A stretch of 64,000 bases of DNA from NCBI GenBank assembly GCA_965116015.1, contig OZ220477.1:781704-845703 (forward strand), written 5' to 3'. Position numbers and translations under genes: made by a program. Origin of the DNA: Dehalococcoidia bacterium (GTDB lineage: Bacteria > Chloroflexota > Dehalococcoidia > Lucifugimonadales > Australimonadaceae). How positions within the stretch are numbered: the stretch's first letter is position 1; the number at the start of each line of letters is the position of its first letter. Positions 1-9,312 of this stretch are shown piece after piece. The notes below the pieces were generated by a model. The model did no database searches, was not told the origin of the DNA, and saw only the letters and a list, made by a program, of their open reading frames with translations.

Positions 1-1373
1 CCCGCCGTGCTCTCCGGCCCAACAATATCCGTCTCGATTGCCGGATCCAGCTCCGAGAACCCAAGCCGGTTCACCAGCTCGTCCCGGATGCGAGGCTCCC
101 GAAGCGTCAAATGATAGGTATGCAGAACCGCCGCCTTGCTTCCGACTCTCCGACCATCACTTTCGCCGTTCTCGCCATCCTTGCCGTCCTTCATCGCCTT
201 GCTTTCGCCGTCCTTCATCACCTGCAAAGCGTTCCCCAACAACCGAAGCGTCCCCCGCACGCGCTGGAAATTACGATTCGCCGCAAGATGCCCCGTAATA
301 ACGCGAAGAAGCCGCGGATGAAACGGATACGCATCCTCAAAGTCCTTGTAGCCCAAACCGCTAGCCGCCCGCCCATTCCGGCCGGCGACCTCCGCATAAG
401 CCTTGGCGGCCTCAACCCGCGCCGCTTCATCCACGCTTTTGAACAGCCGCCTCCGCAGAATCTCAGGCAGATCCTCACTCTCCGACGGCGCCAGCGGATG
501 CATCACTCGCGCAAGCTGCGAGTTGATCCTCTCCAGCATCTCAAGCAGCCTCACCGCATCCGCATGCATCGCATCAACGTTCGCCGCATCCGCGCGCATC
601 GCGCCGGCGCCCTCCGCGCCGCTAAGCAATCCGTGAGCCTCCTCCGGCGTCGTAATCACCAGCACAGCCCGCGGACTATCAATAACCGCCTTCGCCAGCG
701 CGCTAAGCGTAGTAAGAACCCCATCCGCGCTTATCTTGCCAGCAACGACCAGCTGATCCACACGGTTGATGTACTGAACAAGCTCATCGATAACAATCAC
801 CACCGGCTCATCCCCGATCAGCCGCCGGAACGCCTCAGCCCCCGGGTCCCCAAAAAGCTCGTCGCCCTCTGCAAACTCCCCCAACGCCTCAGCCCCCCCA
901 AGCTGATGCAGAAGGTGCCCCGCCAGACTCCGCGCCCGGCTCCCGTCGTCCATCCGCACCCCGCCAATGCCATAGTCGATGCCATCGAACGCGACAACCC
1001 TCGCCGCCCCCACCCCAACCCTCTCGCCGTCGTGCCCAAAGCCCTCCCAATAGGGAAGGCCGGGATGCTTCGCCGCCGCCGCAAGCAACAGCAAACTATG
1101 CGTCTTCCCGCCCCCATACCGGCTATTCAGCTGATACACCGCCGGACTCGTGCTCTCGCGCCCCCTAACAACGCGATCCATCGCCATACGCACAAAGTCC
1201 GACATCGCCTTCGTCACATACGTCGCCTCCAGAAACTCCGCCGCCGACTCCGCAGTCGCAAGCTCCTTCCCCAGACCCCCGATCAAACTCGCCGCATACT
1301 GATCCCCCGCCTGCTCGATCTCCCGCGGCGGGCACGCCTCCAGCAATGGCCTCAGCTCCATCGTCTCCGTCAT
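1..1373 (-). CDS. DUF499-type P-loop ATPase (BrxC/PglY-like), N-terminal ~457 codons; gene continues beyond left window edge
   Basis: Absent from the ORF track because there is no stop inside the window. Hand translation of the minus strand from ATG at 1373-1371 reads MTETMELRPLLEA...AVYQLNSRYGGGKTHSLLLLAAAAKH (Walker A) ...DAYPFHPRLLRVITGHLAANRNFQRVRGTLRLL, with no stop down to position 1. Confidence 0.6.
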   Translation of the reverse strand, partial: MTETMELRPLLEACPPREIEQAGDQYAASLIGGLGKELATAESAAEFLEATYVTKAMSDFVRMAMDRVVRGRESTSPAVYQLNSRYGGGKTHSLLLLAAAAKHPGLPYWEGFGHDGERVGVGAARVVAFDGIDYGIGGVRMDDGSRARSLAGHLLHQLGGAEALGEFAEGDELFGDPGAEAFRRLIGDEPVVIVIDELVQYINRVDQLVVAGKISADGVLTTLSALAKAVIDSPRAVLVITTPEEAHGLLSGAEGAGAMRADAANVDAMHADAVRLLEMLERINSQLARVMHPLAPSESEDLPEILRRRLFKSVDEAARVEAAKAYAEVAGRNGRAASGLGYKDFEDAYPFHPRLLRVITGHLAANRNFQRVRGTLRLLGNALQVMKDGESKAMKDGKDGENGESDGRRVGSKAAVLHTYHLTLREPRIRDELVNRLGFSELDPAIETDIVGPESTA

Positions 1374-1567
1374 CCCAAAACTCCACTCTCCGAAAATTGC
1401 CCGCCGCCGCCCCCCCCTCGCCAGCGCCGGCGCCGCTCCGCCTACCCTACAGCAACGCCCGCTTTTGCCCAACACCCCCCCCCCCCCCCGCCTTGCACCC
1501 AACCCACCCCCACCCCCTCGCGGCGCTACAATCCCCGCACACCCCCCGAACACAGGAGGTCGCCCCT

Positions 1568-2869
1568 ATGCTCACCGTCCACGAAAACGAAAAACTCTCC
1601 CGCGTCGGCCCCGGAACCCCCATGGGCGAACTCATGCGACGCTACTGGCACCCCATCGCCGCCGCCGCCGAACTCAACGACAAGCCAACCAAGCCCGTCC
1701 GACTCCTCGGCGAAGACCTCGTCCTCTACAAAGACAACTCCGGAACCCTCGGACTCATCGACCGCTTCTGCCCTCACCGCCGCGTCGACCTCTCCTACGG
1801 CATCCCCGAATCCAGCGGCCTCCGCTGTATGTACCACGGCTGGATGATGAACGAAACCGGCCAATGCATCGAACAACCCTTCGAAGAAACCGTCCGCCCC
1901 GACGGACGCTTCAAGGAAAAAGTCAAAGTCCCCGCATACCCCGTCCAGCAACTCGCCGGAATGATCTTCGCCTACCTCGGACCCCAACCCGCCCCCCTCC
2001 TCCCCAACTGGGAACCCTTCACCTGGCAAGACGGCTGGAGCGAAATCGCCATCGCCCAACTCCCCTGCAACTGGCTCCAATGCATGGAAAACTCCCTCGA
2101 CCCAGTACACCTCGAATGGCTCCACGGATACTGGGGCGTCCGCCAGCAACACAACAAAGCCGTCCGCCTCGGCCTCGCCAAACCCGACGAATTCGGCATC
2201 ATCCCCAAACGCCACCAGAAAATCGGCTTCGACATCTTCGACTACGGCATCGTCAAACGACGCATCACCGAAGGCATCGACGAATCCCACGGCGACTGGG
2301 CCATCGGACACCCAGTCCTCTTCCCCCAGATCCTCTTCGTCGGCTCCTCCGTCCGATGCTCAATGCAATTCCGAACCCCCATCGACGACGAAAACACCCT
2401 CCACATCACCTGGTATTTCTACCGCGCCGCCCCCGGCCAATCCGTCCAGCCCCAGCAAACCACCCCCTACTTCAACGTCCCCCTCTACGACTCCGACGGA
2501 CGCCTAATCGAAGACCTCGTCAACCACCAGGACTTCGTCGCCTGGATCACCCAAGGCCCCATCGCCCCTCGACACCGCGAGAAACTCGGCGAATCCGACC
2601 GCGGCGTCATCCTCTACCGCAAACTCCTCGCCGAACAGATAACCATCGTCGCCGACGGAGGCGACCCCCTCGGCACAGTGCGCGACCCCGAAATCAACAA
2701 CTGCATCCAGCTCCCCCTCGAACGCTGGCCCTCTATGAACAACCCCGCCCGAATGGCCCAGTTCGTCCCCGCCCAGGCCGGCCAGAGCGAAACCCACATC
2801 AAACAGATCGAAGAATTCCTCAAACCCTGGGCCGAAGCCCCGCCCTGGGAAACCGCCCCAACCCCCTAA
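1568..2869 (+). CDS. Rieske [2Fe-2S] ring-hydroxylating oxygenase, alpha-subunit-like
   Basis: Internal ATG at 1568 of ORF 1346..2869, preceded by AGGAGG. Rieske motif CPHRRVDLSYG...CMYHGW and a mononuclear iron motif ENSLDPVHLEWLH. Confidence 0.85.
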   Translation: MLTVHENEKLSRVGPGTPMGELMRRYWHPIAAAAELNDKPTKPVRLLGEDLVLYKDNSGTLGLIDRFCPHRRVDLSYGIPESSGLRCMYHGWMMNETGQCIEQPFEETVRPDGRFKEKVKVPAYPVQQLAGMIFAYLGPQPAPLLPNWEPFTWQDGWSEIAIAQLPCNWLQCMENSLDPVHLEWLHGYWGVRQQHNKAVRLGLAKPDEFGIIPKRHQKIGFDIFDYGIVKRRITEGIDESHGDWAIGHPVLFPQILFVGSSVRCSMQFRTPIDDENTLHITWYFYRAAPGQSVQPQQTTPYFNVPLYDSDGRLIEDLVNHQDFVAWITQGPIAPRHREKLGESDRGVILYRKLLAEQITIVADGGDPLGTVRDPEINNCIQLPLERWPSMNNPARMAQFVPAQAGQSETHIKQIEEFLKPWAEAPPWETAPTP

Positions 2870-3081
2870 CGCCCTCCCAAAAGCCACAGGCCCCCTCGCC
2901 CCACAAAAGCGCCCACGCAAGGGCAGGGACCCGCCAGCGCCGCCAACCGGAGCGCACAGCCTCGCCCCCTCATTGCCCCACCGCCGCCCGCAAGGGTAGG
3001 GGCGCCCCAACCAGAAGCCCTCGAAATCGAGAACCCCCTGGCGCGGACAACAACCCCCCGCCGCCCCCAACCGGAGCCCCT

Positions 3082-3723
3082 ATGAGCTACTCCGCCATCG
3101 ACCCCAACAGAACCGCACTCCTCTTCTTCGATATGCTCAACGCCTACTTCCACACCGGATCAGACGACGAACAAGCCGCCGCCAAACCGATGCTCGACAA
3201 CTGCCGCACCGTCCTCGCCCACGCCCGGAACGCCCGCATCCCCGTCTTCTTCGCACGCGCCGACCACCGACCCGACGGCCTCGACTCAGCCCTCCTCTAC
3301 ACCGACTCCGACATCCGAGGCAACCCCTGGCCCAACCCCGAAGAACGCCCCTTCAAACCATACCTCTTGGTCCACGCCAACGACTGGAGCTCCAGCATCG
3401 TCCCCGAACTCGACCCACAGCCAACCGACTACTACATCCCCAAACATCGCTGGAGCGCCTTCCACCAAACCTCCCTCGAACTCAGCCTCCGATCCCGCGG
3501 CGTCGACACCATCATCCTCTGCGGCGGAGCCACCGACGTCGGAATCGCATCCACAGCCTTCGCCGCACGCGACCTCGACTTCAACCTCATCATCGTCAGC
3601 GACGCCTGCCGCTCCGCAAACCACGACAACCACAACCAGCTCATCACACGCATCTTCCCCTTTATGGCCCGCGTCCGAACCACCCAGCAAGTCGCCGCCA
3701 TGATCACGCCATCCCCCCAGTGA
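3082..3723 (+). CDS. Isochorismatase-family (cysteine) hydrolase
   Basis: Real C-terminal part of shadow ORF 1465..3723, starting MSYSAIDPNRTALLFFDMLN. Contains ...KHRWSAFHQTSLELSLRSRGVDTIILCGGATDVGIASTAFAARD. Confidence 0.8.
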   Translation: MSYSAIDPNRTALLFFDMLNAYFHTGSDDEQAAAKPMLDNCRTVLAHARNARIPVFFARADHRPDGLDSALLYTDSDIRGNPWPNPEERPFKPYLLVHANDWSSSIVPELDPQPTDYYIPKHRWSAFHQTSLELSLRSRGVDTIILCGGATDVGIASTAFAARDLDFNLIIVSDACRSANHDNHNQLITRIFPFMARVRTTQQVAAMITPSPQ

Positions 3724-5009
3724 CCTCCCCCTCCCAACCCCCGACCCGCCCGCGGAACAACAACCAGGCGCCCCTCCGCAACCCCGCCGTCCGAGGCCTC
3801 GCCAACCTCTACGCAAGCACGCTCATCTCCGGCGCCGGATGGGCAATGGTCCTCCCCATCACCCCCATCCTCGCCAACCACTTCAACGTCTCCCACGGCG
3901 TCGCCGCCCAAATCATCACCGCCTACGCCCTCGGACGCTTCTTCGGCATCCCCGGCGCCGGCGTCCTCATCGACCGCCTCGGCTCACGCAGAATCCTCAT
4001 CGCAGGCCCAACCCTCGTCCTCGCCGGAGCCCTCAGCGGCGCCGCAACCCCGCTCTTCACCCCCATCCTCGCCGCCGCACTCCTCATCGGCGTCGGCGAC
4101 AGCCTCTGGGCCCTCGGACGCGAAATAGCCGGCATCGACCTCGTCAACAACAACCATCGCGGCAGAGTCCTCAGCGGCTTCCACGGAATCCACTCAGGAG
4201 CCCTCGCAATCGGACCCCTCGCCGGCGGCCTCCTCGCCGACTCCCTCAACTTCCACGCAACATTCCTCGCATTCGCCGCCCTCTCCGCAATCGCCGTCGC
4301 CCTCGGATTCTTCGCCCACGACACCCGCCAACCACCCTCCCAAAACCCTCCCGCCCCAGCGCCCCGCCCCATCAACCTCCCAACCCGCGCGCGCAACCTC
4401 ATCGCCCTCTTCAACGAAATCAAACCCGAACTCCGCCTCACCTACTGGACATTCGTCTTCGCCACATTCGCCGGCTTCACCTTCCGCATCACCCTCCAGA
4501 GCATCCTCCCCCTCTACGCCGACGAACAACTCAGCCTCTCCGCAACCCAGATCGGCGCCCTCTTCTCGCTCTCAGGAGCCGTCGTCCTCGCTATGATCCT
4601 CCCCGCAGGCTTCGTCCTCGACAAACTCGGACGCAAATGGGGCACAGTCCCAAGCACACTCCTCCCCGGAGTCGCCTTCCTCCTCGTCCCCCTCGCCGAC
4701 TCCTACCTCCAACTCGCCATCCTCGTCAGCCTTATGGCCCTCGCCAACGGACTCTCCCTCGGATCCCTCGCCGCAAGCTCCTACGACATCCTCCCCAACC
4801 ACGTCCGCGGCCGCCTCCAGGCATTCCGGCGCACCGCCGCAGAAGTCGGCGGCGTCGGCGCCCCCCTCCTCGGAGGCGTCCTCGTCAACAGCGTCAGCCC
4901 CGCCGCCCCCTTCGTCGCCTACGCCCCCATCCTCCTCGCCGCCGGCCTTATGCTCGCATTCGCAGCCCGCGAAACCCTCGTCAAACCCGGAGCCCCGCCC
5001 TCCGCCTAA
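3720..5009 (+). CDS. MFS transporter
   Basis: 429 aa and multi-TM, with a GRFFGIPGAGVLIDRLGSRR loop motif. The GTG start overlaps the upstream stop (GTGA). Confidence 0.8.
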   Translation: MTSPSQPPTRPRNNNQAPLRNPAVRGLANLYASTLISGAGWAMVLPITPILANHFNVSHGVAAQIITAYALGRFFGIPGAGVLIDRLGSRRILIAGPTLVLAGALSGAATPLFTPILAAALLIGVGDSLWALGREIAGIDLVNNNHRGRVLSGFHGIHSGALAIGPLAGGLLADSLNFHATFLAFAALSAIAVALGFFAHDTRQPPSQNPPAPAPRPINLPTRARNLIALFNEIKPELRLTYWTFVFATFAGFTFRITLQSILPLYADEQLSLSATQIGALFSLSGAVVLAMILPAGFVLDKLGRKWGTVPSTLLPGVAFLLVPLADSYLQLAILVSLMALANGLSLGSLAASSYDILPNHVRGRLQAFRRTAAEVGGVGAPLLGGVLVNSVSPAAPFVAYAPILLAAGLMLAFAARETLVKPGAPPSA

Positions 5010-5198
5010 CGCGCCAGACCCCCTGCCCCCCCAAACCCCCAGCGCCAACCCGGCGCCACAGAGACCATCGCCCCCAGCAAAGAGCAGCATCCGCCAGAGC
5101 GCCGCCCTTAACCCCAACAGCGGCGCCCACGCACACCCCCTCTCCCTCCGATCCAGAACCCCCGCCTCAACCGCAGCGCAACGATGCGAAAAAAACAA

Positions 5199-5274
5199 TG
5201 GCGCCCCAGACAGGACTCGAACCCGTGACCATCTGCTTAGAAGGCAGCCGCTCTGTCCACTGAGCTACTGGGGC
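5199..5274 (-). tRNA. tRNA-Arg (anticodon UCU), CCA encoded
   Basis: Reverse complement folds by hand: acceptor GCCCCAG/CTGGGGC, D stem GCTC/GAGC, anticodon loop CTTCTAA, T arm ACGGG-TTCGAGT-CCTGT, 3' GCCA. Length 76 nt. Confidence 0.9.
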
Positions 5275-5375
5275 CCAATTCGAATATAGTTACACCATCG
5301 AACACGGTCAAGCGCGCCCAGTCGCGCCCTCGCCGCAAACAACCAACCTCCCCCTACGCAAAAAAGGACGCCCTA

Positions 5376-6158
5376 ATGACATTCAACTCCATCCGATTCG
5401 ACGCCCACGGCCCCCTCGCCATCCTCACCCTCGACCGCCAGAACCGACTCAACGCCCTCAGCCGCGAACTCATAACCGAACTCCAACTACTCATCACTAA
5501 CCTCGAAACCAACCACGACATCCGCGTCATCATCGTCACCGGAGCCGGACGCGCCTTCTGCGCCGGCGCCGACATCAAAGAACGCGCCGAAAATATGAAC
5601 GACCTCTCCCTCGCCCGAACCTCCGCCGTCATCTCCCCAACCTTCCGGCGCCTCGAACAACTCCCACAGATCAGCATCGCCGCCATCAACGGCGTCGCCG
5701 CCGGAGGAGGCCTCGAACTCGCAATGGCCTGCGACCTCCGCATCGCCGACCCCGAAGCCCGCTTCGCCCTCCCCGAACTCACCCTCGGAATCCTCCCAGG
5801 CGCCGGAGGAACCCAGCGCCTCCCACGACTCATCGGACCCGCACGCGCCAAAGAAATGATGCTCTTCGGCTCATTCATCGACGCCCCAACTGCCCTCAAC
5901 TGGGGACTCATCAACCACATCGCCCCAGCCGCCAACCTCATCGAAGAAGCCCGAACCTGGGCCGCGCGCCTCCTCGAACTACCCCCCCTCTCCCTCTCAA
6001 ACATCAAAAACGCCGTCAACATCGCAATGAACGTCGACATCGACGCCGGCATCCAATACGAACAACGTTGCTCCGCCCTCCTCGCCCTCACCGACGACCG
6101 CCGCGAAGGCCACGCCGCCTTCGTCGAAAAACGCAAACCCCGCTTCACCGGCCGCTAA
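5376..6158 (+). CDS. Enoyl-CoA hydratase/isomerase (crotonase) family
   Basis: 260 aa with VIIVTGAGRAFCAGADIKE and GGGLELAMACDLRIA motifs. AAGGA RBS upstream. Confidence 0.85.
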   Translation: MTFNSIRFDAHGPLAILTLDRQNRLNALSRELITELQLLITNLETNHDIRVIIVTGAGRAFCAGADIKERAENMNDLSLARTSAVISPTFRRLEQLPQISIAAINGVAAGGGLELAMACDLRIADPEARFALPELTLGILPGAGGTQRLPRLIGPARAKEMMLFGSFIDAPTALNWGLINHIAPAANLIEEARTWAARLLELPPLSLSNIKNAVNIAMNVDIDAGIQYEQRCSALLALTDDRREGHAAFVEKRKPRFTGR

Positions 6159-6437
6159 CAATCCCCCAACGATCCCAGCCCCGACCCCCTCACGACTCGC
6201 GAACGACCCGCAAGCCCCGCAACCCCAACGACTCCCTCCAGCGCCCTGCGCGAAACCCGTCGGCGCCCTGCGCAAGACCCCGTCCCCAACCCGCAACCGC
6301 CCGCCTCGCCGCACATCGCCCCCCATCCCTCACCCCGCCAACGCTCCTGAACCAGCCCCAACGGACACAACTCCACAACTCCAACAAACCAAGTTCAAGA
6401 ACTCCCCCGCCACACGCCCCCAAGCGCCCGAACAACC

Positions 6438-6938
6438 CTACCCGAAGCTCGTCGACACCCAGTGCGCCGACACCCTCCCCGCCCTGAAACCCCACACCCC
6501 CTCCACCCTCATCCCCTCCACATCCGCCGACGTCGTCAACTGCTCCTGAACCAACCGCCCCAACGGACGCGACGCAACAATCGCAACCACCGAATTCGAG
6601 AACGCCCGGCTAAACCCCCTCAACCCCCCTCCAGCCAACCGGCGACCCGCGAGCGCCGCAACCGTCGAAAGCCCCGCAGCCACAACGATATTCGTCCCGC
6701 AGAACGGAGACACCGCCAACCCCCTCTCCCCATCCTGCATCCGCTGCAACGCCTCCCGCGCAGCATCCTCCACCTCGCCCGCCTCCATATTCCCCATCAC
6801 AAGAAACCCGGCAGGAACCGAATAACCAGCCATCGGCCGGTTCTGACCGTGCCGCCCAAGCAGCAACGCAATCGTCGCATGCTCCAACCCATGATTGCGT
6901 CTCGTCCTCTCCCAAAAACCCACCGCAACTTCCCTCAA
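6438..6938 (-). CDS. Conserved hypothetical protein (HGLEHAT motif)
   Basis: 166-aa ORF with strand-appropriate G/T codon bias and a protein-like sequence. Family not recognised. Confidence 0.5.
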   Translation of the reverse strand: MREVAVGFWERTRRNHGLEHATIALLLGRHGQNRPMAGYSVPAGFLVMGNMEAGEVEDAAREALQRMQDGERGLAVSPFCGTNIVVAAGLSTVAALAGRRLAGGGLRGFSRAFSNSVVAIVASRPLGRLVQEQLTTSADVEGMRVEGVWGFRAGRVSAHWVSTSFG

Positions 6939-7182
6939 AGCTCGCCTCCCTCCACTATTTCCCTGATTCTACAGCCCCCTAGACTCCCCCGCGCCAGACC
7001 GGAACTCCCGCGCGCACCGATCCTCCGATGGAACCGCTAGCCCTCGCTGAACCGCGCGACCGGAACCCCCCCGCGCGCACCGATCCTCCCCCCACTGCGC
7101 GCATCGCTCCCCCCGCGAGACCGGACAGCGCCTGCCGCGCTCCCTCCTACCGCCAGTGAACAGAAACCCGCAGGGTAGGGCG

Positions 7183-7746
7183 CTACAACAGCCGAACCAA
7201 CCCGATCCCCGCCGCCGTCAGCGCCGTAACGATTGCCCCGGCGATCGCCACACCCGCCGCAATCGCCGGAAGCCCTCGCCGAGCCGGCATCCCCAGCGCC
7301 CACACCGCCAGCGTCCCCGTCCAGGCCCCCGTAAGCGGCAGAGGAATCGCCACCACCAGCACGATCCCCAAAAAACCCAACCGCCGAACCCGATCCCCCC
7401 ACTGCGCCTCAACCCGCCGAGTCCGCCACCGCAGCAAACGCCCAACCAAATGCTCCTGACGCTCTATCCGCTCTCCCACCGTCCGCAGCCCAAACAGAAC
7501 AAACGGCACAGGCACAAGATTCCCCACAACCGCCAGCGCATACGCCTTCAGCCACCACATATCGTACGTCAGCGCCGCCAGCGGAATCGCCGCACGCAGC
7601 TCCCCAACAGGCGTCATCGCAGCCAGCGCAACCAGCAACTCATCTCGCAATCCCACAGATGCCCAACCTCGACCAGAAGATAGCGCGGCGACCCCTCCCG
7701 CCTCCGCCCCAAGCAAAGAGGAAACCGCCCGCTCCCTACGCATCAT
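7183..7746 (-). CDS. Small multidrug-export-like membrane protein (COG2426-like)
   Basis: 187 aa with TPVGELRAAIPLA near the N-terminus and 4-5 TM segments. Start codon uncertain. Confidence 0.55.
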   Translation of the reverse strand: MMRRERAVSSLLGAEAGGVAALSSGRGWASVGLRDELLVALAAMTPVGELRAAIPLAALTYDMWWLKAYALAVVGNLVPVPFVLFGLRTVGERIERQEHLVGRLLRWRTRRVEAQWGDRVRRLGFLGIVLVVAIPLPLTGAWTGTLAVWALGMPARRGLPAIAAGVAIAGAIVTALTAAGIGLVRLL

Positions 7747-7821
7747 AGCAGCAGAAAACCCTCCGGCAAGAGCGTTCTAAACATTTTCCGAACAACAACT
7801 AGCGCTTCGGATAGTCAGATG

Positions 7822-7850
7822 TTGACAGACAGTGATACTTCGCATATAAC
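7822..7850 (+). promoter_or_regulatory. Sigma-70-like promoter TTGACA-17-TATAAC
   Basis: TTGACA at 7822-7827, 17-nt spacer, TATAAC at 7845-7850. Lies in an AT-richer unskewed patch about 70 nt upstream of the 7918 gene. Confidence 0.5.
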
Positions 7851-7917
7851 TCAACTGTAGGGAGGCTTCGCTGAGCTCCGCCGCCCACGCGGCGGGAGAA
7901 AAAGGAGGAGTCTTGCA

Positions 7918-8142
7918 ATGGCGAAAAAGACGCAGAAAATGACCCAAGTCGAAGACCGGTTCCACCAACCCCTCGAGCGTCTCCTGCCCGAGATGATCAA
8001 CGAGTACGGCCTCACCGTCACCGCCGCCCAGCTCGAAGTGTCCAAAGCGACCCTCAGCTACTGGCTCCTCAAGCTCGGCATCAACGTGCGGCGCGTCGCC
8101 CTCGCCCCCGGCGAATCGCTCGAAATCAAACGCGTCAGCTAG
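7918..8142 (+). CDS. Small HTH-like protein (74 aa)
   Basis: AAAGGAGGAG RBS 7 nt upstream of ATG. The segment LTVTAAQLEVSKATLSYWLLKLG looks like a helix-turn-helix. Confidence 0.6.
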   Translation: MAKKTQKMTQVEDRFHQPLERLLPEMINEYGLTVTAAQLEVSKATLSYWLLKLGINVRRVALAPGESLEIKRVS

Positions 8143-8171
8143 CCCAAAACGCCAGCGCGGCGCCAAACGAA

Positions 8172-8227
8172 GAGGCCCGGCGTTCCCCAATCCCCGACAA
8201 GCTCGGAGACACCGAACGCCGGGCCTC
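8172..8227. repeat. 14-bp perfect inverted repeat GAGGCCCGGCGTTC / GAACGCCGGGCCTC with 28-nt spacer
   Basis: Arms at 8172-8185 and 8214-8227, 30 nt downstream of the 7918 gene stop. No U tract, so terminator function is uncertain. Confidence 0.6.
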
Positions 8228-8422
8228 TCGCTATCCAGCCCAGCGCCGCCCCAAGACCCCGCCAGCAAAGCCCCGCCGCTCAGCGCCCCGCCGCTCAGCG
8301 CCCCGCCCGCACCGGACCCCCCTCGCCGATGCGGGCAGCCCGCCTCAGTCCCCCACGCTCCCCCGAACCCCCTCGCCAAGCGAACCCCAGCCCCCCCCCC
8401 GAAGCGCCCTCCATATCTCACC

Positions 8423-8451
8423 TTGACTTGCCGAATCGCTAGTGGTACAAC
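8423..8451 (+). promoter_or_regulatory. Sigma-70-like promoter TTGACT-17-TACAAC
   Basis: Hexamers at 8423-8428 and 8446-8451, upstream of the cytochrome c gene and just after a C10 tract. Confidence 0.4.
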
Positions 8452-8512
8452 GTGATAGAAATCACAACCTTGCAGGCCCCCTCGCAACCTGCATCGGACT
8501 CGAGGTAACCCC

Positions 8513-8998
8513 GTGGGCCCTCGCCAACCCGCGCCTCTACTAGCGATCGCCATCCTCGCCCTCACAGCCCTCTCCCTCGCTGCGTGCGCAAACGGCGCCC
8601 CCGTCTCCGCAGCCGAATGCTTCATCGCCAGCGACGGACGCATCGTCCCCGCCTCCGGCCCCGACTGCGACCCTCCCCCAGGAGCCGACGTCGAACCAAC
8701 CCCAACCTTCACCCCCATCCCCGTCGGCGGCGGACCCACCGGCGGCGCTGGACTCTTCATCGCCAACGGCTGCGCCACCTGCCACACCCTCGCATCCGTC
8801 CCCCAAGCGCGCGCAAACGTCGGACCCGACCTCACCGGCATCGGCGCCCAAAGCCCCGACTACATCCGCGAATCCATCATCAACCCCGGCGCCGTCATCA
8901 CCGAGGGCTACGAAGACGGCCTTATGCCCATCAACTTCGCCGAAACCATCCCCGAATCCGACCTCAACGCCCTCGTAGACTTCCTCGCAACCCAGTAG
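8513..8998 (+). CDS. c-type cytochrome, lipoprotein-anchored
   Basis: Signal/lipobox LSLAAC, heme motif CATCH, and a distal Met in EDGLMP. Confidence 0.8.
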   Translation: MGPRQPAPLLAIAILALTALSLAACANGAPVSAAECFIASDGRIVPASGPDCDPPPGADVEPTPTFTPIPVGGGPTGGAGLFIANGCATCHTLASVPQARANVGPDLTGIGAQSPDYIRESIINPGAVITEGYEDGLMPINFAETIPESDLNALVDFLATQ

Positions 8999-9233
8999 CC
9001 CCCCGCACCCCCGCCTAACAGCGCGCGACACATTGCCCTCCTACCCCAACCGCCAGCCCAGTGCGCCGCCTGCCCCTCCCCCATCCGGCGCCCGGCGCCC
9101 CGCAGCTCAACCCGAACCCAGCGCCCCTGCATCCCCCACTGCGCCGCATCCCCGACTAAGCCGCCCCGGTGAAGCCCCCTCGCTTAGGCCGCCCCGCTTT
9201 AGACCATCCCGCTTTAGGCTAGCTTTAGGCTAA

Positions 9234-9262
9234 TTGAAGCTTGCCCCCCGCCCGCATATACT
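9234..9262 (+). promoter_or_regulatory. Sigma-70-like promoter TTGAAG-17-TATACT upstream of dnaN
   Basis: Hexamers at 9234-9239 and 9257-9262. Preceded by four direct GCTT(T)AGR repeats at 9182, 9196, 9211 and 9222. Confidence 0.45.
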
Positions 9263-9312
9263 AGGCCGCCAGCTACCCCGCCCCCCAACCACAACATCTT
9301 GAGGTCCAGCAG

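Noticed and set aside
111-1847. Long plus-strand ORFs with Pro/Arg/His/Thr/Gln-rich low-complexity products. Examples: 111..1847, the first 1.6 kb of 1465..3723, 3839..5263, 11748..13346, 24331..25761, 35972..37369, 36921..38690, 39728..40999 and 44360..47101.
   Set aside because: They are shadow ORFs. Stop codons need T, the plus strand is T/G-poor, and so wrong frames stay open for kilobases. They overlap well-supported genes in other frames or on the other strand and have no protein-like features.
5009-5274. Genomic island integrated at tRNA-Arg.
   Set aside because: There is no integrase adjacent to the tRNA, and I could find no direct repeat of the tRNA 3' end nearby.
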